Shown here: one piece after another, positions 1 to 10,556 of the stretch | Layout of the letters: every line of letters starts with the position of its first letter | Numbering within the stretch: the first letter of the stretch is position 1 | Assembly (NCBI GenBank): GCA_965203495.1 | Contig: CBDBDB010000003.1 | Span: 11,297 to 75,296 of the forward strand | From: Candidatus Multivorans sp. | Lineage (GTDB): Bacteria > Acidobacteriota > Thermoanaerobaculia > Multivoradales > Multivoraceae | Length of the DNA: 64,000 nucleotides | Reading direction: 5' to 3' | Notes under the pieces: generated by a model | The model's input: only the letters and a program-made list of their open reading frames with translations | Told to the model about the DNA's origin: nothing | Databases searched by the model: none | Position numbers and translations under genes: made by a program

Positions 1-2621
1 CCGACGTTCGCGGCCTGAGTCTGAGCGGCGCCGCGTCAACGACCGGCGTCGCGGCGGGAACGACAGTCACTCTGTCAGCGACCCTGGACGACACCCGCTA
101 CCAGAACAGACTCGGCCGTGAAGCGACGCAGAACATCGCGGCCGGCGAGTACTACATCGACGTGCCGCCCTGGGCCTCGGGGAGCACGGCGAAGGCCATG
201 TCCGCCTCGGATGGCGCCTTCGACGGCAAGGCGGAGAGCGCGACCGGAACGATCGATACGACCGGCCTGAGCAACGGCCGGCACACCGTCTTCGTTCGGG
301 CAAGAGACACCGACGGAGACTGGGGCGCGGTGAGCGCGGTCTTCCTGCAGGTCGGCCCCGTTCAGCCGCCGCCAGCGACCGTGTCGATTCCCTCGACGCT
401 GACGGTGGCGGAAGGGAACGGCCCGGCAACGGTGACGGTGACGGCATCTCGGGCGCCGGGCCAGGCGGTGACGTTCGACGTGAGCTACGACGGCACGGCG
501 ACGGGCGCCAGCGATCCGACGAACGGCGACTACGACAACGACGCGGCGACGTCCGTGGAGTTCGGCGCGAGCGATACGACGAAGGACATCGTGATTCCGA
601 TCGCCGACGACGATCTGGACGAGTCCTCGGAGACGATCGAGGTGACGATCGCGCCGGCCCAGACCGAAGGCAATGGTCTGCCGGACGGCTTCAGGCTGGG
701 CAATGCCACAACGACGGTGACGATCACGGACGACGACGCCTCGCCGGTGCTGGCGGCGATCGACGACGCGACGCTCCGGGTCGGTCAGACGGTGGACATC
801 ACGGCGTCCGCGACCGACGCGGACAACGATTCGGTGAGCTACGTCTGGTCGCGCAAGTCCGGCGAGACGACGCCGGCGATCCCGGGCGGCACGAACCTGA
901 ACCAGGCGCAGTTGACGTTCGTGACGACGGCGGCCGGGACGGTCACGATGACGGTGACGGCCTCGGACGGCAATGGCAACACGGCCGCCGAGGAGGTCGT
1001 CATCACGGTGCAGCCGGCTCTGAGCGTGACGGTGACGCCGACCGCGCTCACGGTCGAGGAGGGTTCGAGCAACACGTACACGGTGAAGCTGGACGCCGAG
1101 CCGTCGGGGAACGTGACGGTGACGGTGGCCGGCGCGTCGGGCGACGTGACGGTGACGGGTTCGCCGCTGACGTTCACGGACCGGAACTACGGCACGGCGC
1201 AGACGGTGACGGTGACGGTGAACGCGGCGTCCGACACCGACGCGACGAACGACGCGGCGACCCTGACGCATTCCGCGACCGGCGGCGGCTACAACGGGGT
1301 GACGATCGCCGATGTCGAGGTCACGGTGACCGACGTGACGCCGGTGCTGCAACTGACGACGGATCCGTCGGCGGTGACGGAGGGAACGCCGATCAGCCTG
1401 AAGGTGACCTCGGACAAGGAGCTGACGGGGACGCTGGCGGTCAGCCTGACCCTGGCGGACCGGGGCTCGAGCGGCTTCGGCGCGGCCGACGTTCCGGGCG
1501 GCCTGGGTCCGCGGACCTTCAACGCCGCCTTCGGCGCAACGCCGAGCCGAACCGGCACGGTGTCGATCCCGACGACCGCGGATTCGGCGGCGGAGGGCGC
1601 GGAGACGTACCGGATCACGTTGAACGACACGGCGGCCTACGAGCTGGGCGTGGACAGGAGTGCGGACGGCGTGCTGAACAATCGCGCCAGCGGCGGCGAC
1701 TCGGGCGGCAATGGCGGTGGTGGACCGCCTCCAGGCGGCAATGGCGGTGGTGGTGGACCGCCTCCAGGTGGTGGCGGCGGCGGTGGCGGCGGCGGACTGC
1801 CTCCAGGCGGCGGCGACGCGGGCAACAGTGGCAACGATGATGATGACGACGGCGGTGGTGGCGGAGACGGCGGTGGTGGCGGAGACGGCGGAGGCGGCCC
1901 TGGCGGCGGCGGTCCGGGGCCTGGCGGCGGCGCCCCGCGCGCTTCCTTCACCCTGAGCGCGCCCTGCGCCGACGGTCTCTGCCGCGCCCGGACCGGCGTC
2001 GCAGTGGCGTTCGCGGACACGAGCAGCGGCCTCGTCTCGTCGCGGAGATGGAACTTCGGCGACGGCGGGACCTCACGCGACGGTTCGCCGGAGCACGCCT
2101 GGTCCGTGCCCGGCTTCTACGCGGTGTCCCTCACCGTCAGCAGCCAGGGGAACGCCGACACGGCGTCGCGGAAGGTGCTGGTCGAGTCGAACGCGCCGGC
2201 CGGGACCTGCGTGTCGGACGCGGAGACGCTGTGTCTCCGGGACTCCCGCTTCGAGGTGGCGCTGGAGTGGTGGACGGCCGACGGCCAGCGCGGCGTAGGC
2301 AGCGTGGTCCACGAGGGGACGAACGACTCGGGCCTGTTCTGGTTCTTCGGCGCGGAGAACTGGGAACTGCTGGTCAAGGTGCTGGACGGCTGTTCGGTGA
2401 ACGGACACGCGTGGGTGTACGGCGCCTCGGCGACGACGCTGGGCTACTCGCTGACGGTGACCGACACGGTGACGGGGGCGGTGCGCGCCTACCGCAACGA
2501 GCCGGGCGAGCAGGCGCCGGCGTTCATCGACAGTCGGGCGTTCCCGAGCGCGTGCGCCGGCGGCGCTTCGGTCGTTTCGTCCCCATCGCCCGGCGACCTC
2601 GACGAGGCCGGCCCGCCCTGA
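1..2621 (+). CDS. Large secreted repeat protein (Calx-beta-like modules, PKD-like module, Gly/Pro/Asp-rich linker, conserved Cys-containing C-terminal domain); 5' end lies upstream of the window
   Basis: The frame of ORF 162..2621 is open back to nt 3 with no stop, so the gene enters from upstream. Repeated Calx-beta-like modules (e.g. NGDYDNDAATSVEFGASDTTKDIVIPIADDDLDESSETIEVTI). PKD-like segment (WNFGDGGTSRDGSPEHAWSVPGFYAVSLTV). C-terminal Cys-containing beta-rich domain (FEVALEWW...FWFFGAENWELLVKVLDGC). Confidence 0.8.
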   Translation, partial: DVRGLSLSGAASTTGVAAGTTVTLSATLDDTRYQNRLGREATQNIAAGEYYIDVPPWASGSTAKAMSASDGAFDGKAESATGTIDTTGLSNGRHTVFVRARDTDGDWGAVSAVFLQVGPVQPPPATVSIPSTLTVAEGNGPATVTVTASRAPGQAVTFDVSYDGTATGASDPTNGDYDNDAATSVEFGASDTTKDIVIPIADDDLDESSETIEVTIAPAQTEGNGLPDGFRLGNATTTVTITDDDASPVLAAIDDATLRVGQTVDITASATDADNDSVSYVWSRKSGETTPAIPGGTNLNQAQLTFVTTAAGTVTMTVTASDGNGNTAAEEVVITVQPALSVTVTPTALTVEEGSSNTYTVKLDAEPSGNVTVTVAGASGDVTVTGSPLTFTDRNYGTAQTVTVTVNAASDTDATNDAATLTHSATGGGYNGVTIADVEVTVTDVTPVLQLTTDPSAVTEGTPISLKVTSDKELTGTLAVSLTLADRGSSGFGAADVPGGLGPRTFNAAFGATPSRTGTVSIPTTADSAAEGAETYRITLNDTAAYELGVDRSADGVLNNRASGGDSGGNGGGGPPPGGNGGGGGPPPGGGGGGGGGGLPPGGGDAGNSGNDDDDDGGGGGDGGGGGDGGGGPGGGGPGPGGGAPRASFTLSAPCADGLCRARTGVAVAFADTSSGLVSSRRWNFGDGGTSRDGSPEHAWSVPGFYAVSLTVSSQGNADTASRKVLVESNAPAGTCVSDAETLCLRDSRFEVALEWWTADGQRGVGSVVHEGTNDSGLFWFFGAENWELLVKVLDGCSVNGHAWVYGASATTLGYSLTVTDTVTGAVRAYRNEPGEQAPAFIDSRAFPSACAGGASVVSSPSPGDLDEAGPP
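1700..1940 (+). repeat. Imperfect tandem DNA repeats (about 33-bp unit ggcggcaatggcggtggtggaccgcctccaggc, x2-3, plus ggcggtggtggcggagacggc x2) encoding a Gly/Pro/Asp low-complexity linker inside the Calx/PKD gene
   Basis: Direct repeats visible at 1704-1736 and 1737-1772 and at 1849-1890. The translation is GGNGGGGPPPGG...DDDDDGGGGGDGGGGGDGGGG. Confidence 0.7.
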
Positions 2622-2632
2622 CGCGGGTGCCG

Positions 2633-4048
2633 TCAGACGACCGGAGAGGAGCGCAGATCGTCGATTTCCAACGGTGGGGCGACGTCGCGGGAGCGTTCCG
2701 CATCGAGCAGGGAGGCACCGCGGTCGATCCAGGTCCGGCCGCGCACCCGGGCTGCGAGCAAGCCCGCAAGCAGCGCCAGGTGGACGATGAAGCAACTCCA
2801 GGCGCCGACCAGGCCCCAGTGCTTCGCGGCGAAGAAGACCAGCGGCACGAAGACGAACCAGGCCACGCCGATGTTCACCGCCATCGGGTACGTCGTGTCG
2901 CCGGCGCCCCGCAGCGCGCCGTAGTGGATGTTGAACGGCAGTTCGAAGATCAGGCACAGGGCGGCGATGAGAAAGAGCGGCCGAGCGTAGGGCATGAGCG
3001 CGGCCAGATCGCCCGCCTCGCGCGCGAACAACTGCATCAGCCAACCGGGAAATCCGACGTAGACGACGACCATGATCGCCATCGCCCCGTAGCCCAGCCA
3101 CATCACGCGGCGGACGACGAGGCGTACGTCGTCAAGCTGCCTGGCGCCCAGGCACTGTCCGACCAGCGTCGTGCAACCGACGGCCAGCGCAGCCGCGATC
3201 ATGAAGGAAACGGACCAGGCGTGAATCACGGCGTTCGTCGCCGCCATTTCCGCGTCGCCCAGATTCGCGACGAGGGCCGTGAAGACGCTGATTCCGCCCA
3301 TCTCCATGAAGAACTGCACGCCTATCGGCAAGCTGACGCGGAGCATCTTCCCGAGCAGGGCCGCCTCGGGAAGCCTGGGGCGGGTGGCGCCGTGGTCGCG
3401 CCCCATCCTCGTCGCGAGCACTCCGACCAGCAGGCCGAGTGCGACAAGAAACTGGGCGATCACGGTGCCGACCGCGGCGCCCGCGGCCCCAAGCTCCGGA
3501 AACCCCAGGACACCGAAGATGAGCAGGTAGTTCAGCCCACAGTTCAGGCCCAGTTGAATCAGGCCGGCGAACATGGGAATACCGGTACGTCCAAGTCCGC
3601 GGTAGTAGTTCTCCGCGACGAGGAAGACCATCAACCCCAGCGCGGCGCCGAGCCGCACCTCGGTGTAGTCGGTGGCGATCGCCCGGACTTCCGGCGACGC
3701 CCCCATCACGCGGAACGCCCAGCCGGACAGCGGCGACACGAGCAGAACCGCGACGCCCGCGCCCGCGGCCAGGTAGAGCCCCTGCCAGAAGGCGACGCCG
3801 ACCCGGTTCTTCTTGCCGGCGCCGAAGAACTGCGCGACGAACGTGTTCACGCCCTGCAACAGACCGACGAAGAAGCTGAGCAACCACCAGGAGATGATCC
3901 CGCCCAGGCCAACGCCGGCCAAGGCGACGACGCCCAGCCGCCCGACCATCATCGCGTCGATCAGGCCCATCGCCGTATGGGTCATCTGCGTGATGACGAC
4001 CGGCGCAGTCAGCGCCAGGATGCGCCGATGGGAAATGTCGATGAGCAT
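2633..4048 (-). CDS. MATE family multidrug/oligosaccharidyl-lipid efflux transporter
   Basis: 471 aa, 12 predicted TM helices. N-terminus MLIDISHRRILALTAPVVITQMTHTAMGLIDAMMVGRLG is typical of NorM/MATE. Confidence 0.9.
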   Translation of the reverse strand: MLIDISHRRILALTAPVVITQMTHTAMGLIDAMMVGRLGVVALAGVGLGGIISWWLLSFFVGLLQGVNTFVAQFFGAGKKNRVGVAFWQGLYLAAGAGVAVLLVSPLSGWAFRVMGASPEVRAIATDYTEVRLGAALGLMVFLVAENYYRGLGRTGIPMFAGLIQLGLNCGLNYLLIFGVLGFPELGAAGAAVGTVIAQFLVALGLLVGVLATRMGRDHGATRPRLPEAALLGKMLRVSLPIGVQFFMEMGGISVFTALVANLGDAEMAATNAVIHAWSVSFMIAAALAVGCTTLVGQCLGARQLDDVRLVVRRVMWLGYGAMAIMVVVYVGFPGWLMQLFAREAGDLAALMPYARPLFLIAALCLIFELPFNIHYGALRGAGDTTYPMAVNIGVAWFVFVPLVFFAAKHWGLVGAWSCFIVHLALLAGLLAARVRGRTWIDRGASLLDAERSRDVAPPLEIDDLRSSPVV

Positions 4049-4051
4049 CGG

Positions 4052-4756
4052 TCAGGCTTCCGCGAACAGGGCCTTGAACCGCGCCGCCATGCGCGGCGCC
4101 GCCCCCTCGTCTTCGTGCTTGAAGAAGACGTAGGTCTCGCGCCAGGGTTGCCGCCGGATCCTGTCGGCCCAGGCGCGAAGGGCCGTTTCGTCGTAGTCCT
4201 CGCGACGAAGCCGAAGATAACCGAAGTCCGCGGTCGCCACCAACGGCGCGTCATGGTCGCCGCCGCTGTCGGCGATGCAGAGCGACGCACCGGCGCCCGC
4301 AAGCAGAGCGAACACCTCGTCGTCGAACCAGCTGGCGTGGCGGAACTCGAACGCGGCGCGCGTGCCGTCGGGCAACAGGTCGAGAAAGCCCGCCAGCCGA
4401 TCGACGTCGCGCCTCAGGCTCGGCGGCGCCTGGAAGAGAAAGGGGCCCAGGCGCTCGCCGAGCGCCTCAGCGGTGCGAACCAGGTACTCGACCGAGTCCC
4501 CGGCGTCCTTAAAACGTTGCTGGTGCGTGATCCGCCGGGACGCCTTCAGCGCGAAACGAAAGGCGTCGGGCACGGCGTCGCGCCACCGCTCCAGCACATC
4601 CGTCTTCGGCATGCGGTAGAAGGTGTTGTTGATCTCCACCGCGCCGAGCCTTCCGGCATAGAACGCGAGCATGTCCGACCGCTTCGTTCCAGGCGGGTAG
4701 AACGAACCCGTCCAGGCGGGGTACGAAAACCCGCTGGCGCCGGTGCGGACCCGCAT
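4052..4756 (-). CDS. DUF72 (YecE-like) family protein
   Basis: 234 aa with the motifs GFSYPAW...FYP, LAFYAGRLGAVEINNTFYRMP and FEFRHASW, characteristic of DUF72. Confidence 0.85.
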   Translation of the reverse strand: MRVRTGASGFSYPAWTGSFYPPGTKRSDMLAFYAGRLGAVEINNTFYRMPKTDVLERWRDAVPDAFRFALKASRRITHQQRFKDAGDSVEYLVRTAEALGERLGPFLFQAPPSLRRDVDRLAGFLDLLPDGTRAAFEFRHASWFDDEVFALLAGAGASLCIADSGGDHDAPLVATADFGYLRLRREDYDETALRAWADRIRRQPWRETYVFFKHEDEGAAPRMAARFKALFAEA

Positions 4757-4790
4757 GCCTGACTGACTGCTCGGGATGAAGGCGAGGGCG

Positions 4791-6515
<1,725 letters not shown>

Positions 6516-6894
6516 CTTCGGTCTCCAGAGGGTTGGGGCCAAGCAGAACAACTCAACGGCGACGTCGAGAACCGTCCCATGTCCATCTCGACCTGCGCAC
6601 TGAACCGCCCGCCGAGGGAGCGCCTCGGCGAACCGGTTGGCTACATTGAGCGCCGACGGCGCACAAGTGTAGCAGGTTCAGGACGATCAGCCGCGCCGTC
6701 GTGTTTCACTCTCGTTCGCTCCGCTCTCGCCCGCGGGGCATCGCTTCGTCCTTCCCAACCTTCGCGGGCCGCCGGTTCTTCCCCGCCGCCGCGCCTCGCG
6801 GCGCGGTTGCTCGCACTGTCCGTCTGACGCTCCGCCGCGGCCGATCGCCGAAGCTCCTCGAACGGACCCGACGCCGGGACGCGGAAGAAAAGCC

Positions 6895-8166
6895 ATGCGC
6901 GAGGCGGATGCTCTACCATCTGTCTCTCCGTCGTGGGTCGCTCCGTTCATCGCGGCCCACCGGGCGACCGCTGGCGTTGTCCATCATGAGAGCGATGTCA
7001 CACTCGCATCGAGCCGGCCCCGAGGTCGGCTAGCTGAAACCGCCGTGAGACCAACCGCACAGGACGGTCCCGGGGAAATCCTGCGCATCGCCGGACGATT
7101 CCGGACCGGCGGCCGCGCCACCGGCGCGGTCGAACTGCGCGCGGGCCGCATCAACGATTCGTTCGTCGTCTCCACCGCCAGCGGCAGCCGTTTCCTGCTG
7201 CAGCGAATCAACGGCTACGTGTTCCCGCATCCCGCCCGGGTCATGGCGAACATCGTGCGAATCACGCGCCACCTCGAATGCAAGCTCGGCCCGGGAAGCG
7301 CTCGGCGCCGATTGACCCTGACGGCCGCGGCGGACGGAAGGATGTGGGTCGAGACGGCGCCGGAACAAGGTCCCGCCGACTGGTGGCGAATGTACGAGCT
7401 GATCGAGGACGCGACGACGGAACTTCGGGCGTCGACCCCGGAGCAGGCCTTCCTCGCCGCGCGCGCGTTCGGTCGTTTCGAGGCGCAGCTCGTCGATCTT
7501 CCTTCGCCGCCCCTGCACGAGACGATTCCCCGCTTCCACGACACGCTGAACCGTTTCGAGACGCTTGACCGGGCGCTGGACGCGGCAAGCGCCTCGCCCG
7601 CCGGCCGCGACCGGCGCCGGCAGGCCGGCGCCGAGATCCGGTCGGTCGCCGGCCATCGACATCTGGCTTCCCGGCTGCGCGACGCCGAGGCTCGCGGGTT
7701 GCCGCGGCGCACCGTCCACAACGACTGCAAGATCAGCAACCTCCTGTTCGACCGGACAACCGGCGAAGCGTTGTGTGTCGTCGATCTCGACACGACCATG
7801 CCCGGACTGGCCGCTTGCGACTTCGGAGACATGGTTCGCTCGATGAGCCACCGCGCCGACGAGGAGGGCCGGGACCTCGCCGAGGCGCAAGTCGACCTGG
7901 AACTGTTCGCCGCCCTCGCCCAGGGCTATCTGGACGGCGCGGTCTTTCTGACCGAGGCGGAGCGCCGCAGCCTGGTCGACGGCGCCCTGGCCCTGACGCT
8001 GGAGCAAGCGGTGCGCTTCCTGTCGGACCACCTGAACGGCGACGTCTACTTTCGGGTCGAGCGGCCAGACCAGAACCTGGATCGCTGCCGGGTGCAACTG
8101 GCCTTGCTCGAATCGCTGCTGGCGCGTGACGAAGACCTGCGCCGCATCGTCGGAGGCGCCGCGTAG
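6895..8166 (+). CDS. Phosphotransferase-family (APH / kinase-like) protein; start uncertain (possibly GTG near 7045)
   Basis: N-lobe motifs GRINDSFVV...RFLLQRIN. Catalytic loop VHNDCKISNLLFD and VVDLDTTMPG are typical of the aminoglycoside/homoserine-kinase-type phosphotransferase fold. Confidence 0.7.
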   Translation: MREADALPSVSPSWVAPFIAAHRATAGVVHHESDVTLASSRPRGRLAETAVRPTAQDGPGEILRIAGRFRTGGRATGAVELRAGRINDSFVVSTASGSRFLLQRINGYVFPHPARVMANIVRITRHLECKLGPGSARRRLTLTAAADGRMWVETAPEQGPADWWRMYELIEDATTELRASTPEQAFLAARAFGRFEAQLVDLPSPPLHETIPRFHDTLNRFETLDRALDAASASPAGRDRRRQAGAEIRSVAGHRHLASRLRDAEARGLPRRTVHNDCKISNLLFDRTTGEALCVVDLDTTMPGLAACDFGDMVRSMSHRADEEGRDLAEAQVDLELFAALAQGYLDGAVFLTEAERRSLVDGALALTLEQAVRFLSDHLNGDVYFRVERPDQNLDRCRVQLALLESLLARDEDLRRIVGGAA

Positions 8167-8317
8167 TGTGGAACGACGCCCGTCATCGAACATCCTATGG
8201 CATGCCGCGCGACGTCCGCCACGAGCTGCAAGGTCTCGCGGCTTTCGGCCAGATCGACGTTCGCCGGAACGACGTCTCCGGGAGCGGCGCCGCCGTCGAC
8301 GCCGGTATCGTTCACGC

Positions 8318-8707
8318 ATGACGGCTCTCCGACGTCCCCTCGCAACGCACAGGACTTCCGCGAAGGCGGTCGTTCGCGGCACGCCCCTCGAACGGACGAT
8401 CCGCGACAAGCTGGAGCAAGCGACGGGCGCCGAACGGCTCGAGGTGCTGAACGAGAGCCGGATGCACAACGTCCCGCCCAAGGCCGAAACCCACTTCCGA
8501 GTTGTGGTCGTCAGCAGCGGCTTCGAGGGCGCGAGCCGACTCCAGCGGCACCGAGCGATACACCGCGCACTGGCGGAGGAACTGGCCGGACCGGTGCACG
8601 CCCTCGCTGTCGACGCGCTGACGCCGGCCGAGTGGCGGGCACGCGACCAGAGCCGCGGCCTCTCGCCCGACTGCCGCGGCGGCGACCGGCTCGACGGCCA
8701 CGAGTAG
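8318..8707 (+). CDS. BolA family transcriptional regulator
   Basis: BolA-like core (IRDKLEQATGAERLEVLNESRMHNVPPKAETHFRVVVVSSGFEGASRLQRHRAIHRAL). The track ORF from 8126 carries an Arg-rich, unlikely N-terminal extension, so an internal start at 8318 is preferred. Confidence 0.7.
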   Translation: MTALRRPLATHRTSAKAVVRGTPLERTIRDKLEQATGAERLEVLNESRMHNVPPKAETHFRVVVVSSGFEGASRLQRHRAIHRALAEELAGPVHALAVDALTPAEWRARDQSRGLSPDCRGGDRLDGHE

Positions 8708-8754
8708 CCCGCGGCCCATCGGGCGGGAGTCGCCTCAGGGAACTTCCGTAAAGC

Positions 8755-8985
8755 CGACACTGGGTGCGCCGCCGTCTGTTCCATGCGAGGGTCCGCAGCC
8801 GTCGCGGGCTGCGCTGTCGCGCAGGGAACACGCCCGGAAAGTCGGCGAGAGCGCCCGGGGCGCCCAGTGCGACGCGCCGGCGTACCCAGTGTGCGGCCGT
8901 GGTTGTTCCACGACAAGGAACCGCCAGACGTTTGTTCCATGCGAATCCCTGGGCGGGACGCACTGGGCGTGCCGCCGCCGGGCCG
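8755..8985. repeat. Repeat-rich convergent intergenic region (copies of CACTGGG(Y)G(Y)GCCGCCG in both orientations and of TGTTCCA(T/C)G(C)GA)
   Basis: cactgggtgcgccgccg at 8758 and cactgggcgtgccgccgccg at 8961. Reverse copies cccagtg at 8864 and 8885. tgttccatgcga at 8777 and 8932, plus gttccacgacaaggaac (inverted repeat gttcc/ggaac) at 8904. Confidence 0.5.
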
Positions 8986-9068
8986 CGCCAAGGCAGCCGG
9001 CTTGAGCCCGGTTGTCATGGCGTCGCTCCTTGACGTCCGCCGCCGCGAGGGAGAATCCGCCGCCCTGG

Positions 9069-9728
<660 letters not shown>

Positions 9729-9978
9729 TCCTCCGGCTGTTCGGGTCAGGCGTGTCCGGGTCCGCCGGCCGCCACGGGCAGCGATTCTAGCCCGCACGGT
9801 TCACCGAGATCCGTAGCGAGAGCGCGTAGCCGCCGCAGCGAGGCCCTGGAACCGAGAGGCGGCGCAAGCGCCTAGTAGACACACCGTCGAGCCGATGCGA
9901 GGGAGAAGGCCCCGCCAAAGGGCGCGGCAGGAGGTTCGGGTTGTGACGAGGTCCTGGCCCGTGGCAGAATCGCCGTCG

Positions 9979-10401
9979 ATGAACACGTCCCGCGGCAGGC
10001 GACCCGCGCGTCCGCGCCAACTGGTCGCGTTGCTCCTGCTGGCATTGTGGGGCGCTGGCTGGCTGAGTCCCATCGCCGCCGAGTCGGGATGCGAGTTCGA
10101 GTGCTGCAACGACACGTCCCGCCCGTTGCCCGCGGAAGCGAAGCCGCTCGACTGCGACGAGCACGCGCCAAAGCCGGGCGGAAGCGCGGCAGGCCATCGC
10201 GCAGAACCCCCGAAGGGGCAATGCGGCATCGGCCCCTGCCACCAGACCGACGCGGACCAGCCCTGGACGTTCAAGGCCGCTCTCGTCCGCGTTCCGGACC
10301 CGGCGCCGCCGGCGATCCGCGACTGCGCTCCCGCGGATGCGCCAGCCTGGCCCGACCGGCGCCCGGCGCCCCCTCGGCCGCCGCCGCCTCAAGCGGCCTG
10401 A
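9979..10401 (+). CDS. Hypothetical small secreted Cys/His/Pro-rich protein (candidate only)
   Basis: ATG at 9979 gives MNTSRGRRPARPRQLVALLLLALWGAGWLSPIAA (a signal-peptide-like n/h/c region). It is followed by ESGCEFECCNDTS...DCDEH...GQCGIGPCHQ and lies immediately upstream of a TonB-dependent receptor. Coding status is uncertain in this GC-rich DNA. Confidence 0.35.
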   Translation: MNTSRGRRPARPRQLVALLLLALWGAGWLSPIAAESGCEFECCNDTSRPLPAEAKPLDCDEHAPKPGGSAAGHRAEPPKGQCGIGPCHQTDADQPWTFKAALVRVPDPAPPAIRDCAPADAPAWPDRRPAPPRPPPPQAA

Positions 10402-10556
10402 CATCGGAACCGCACCAACCGCCGGCGACTGCCTGCGGCGCCTGAACGAGCGGCGGCCATGACGCCGTCCCAACGCATCAGGCGCGCAAGGCCGGCGCCC
10501 CGGCCGGCGCACGCCCGCGGACGGCCCTTCATTTCGATGTCTTCAAACGGAGTCTC

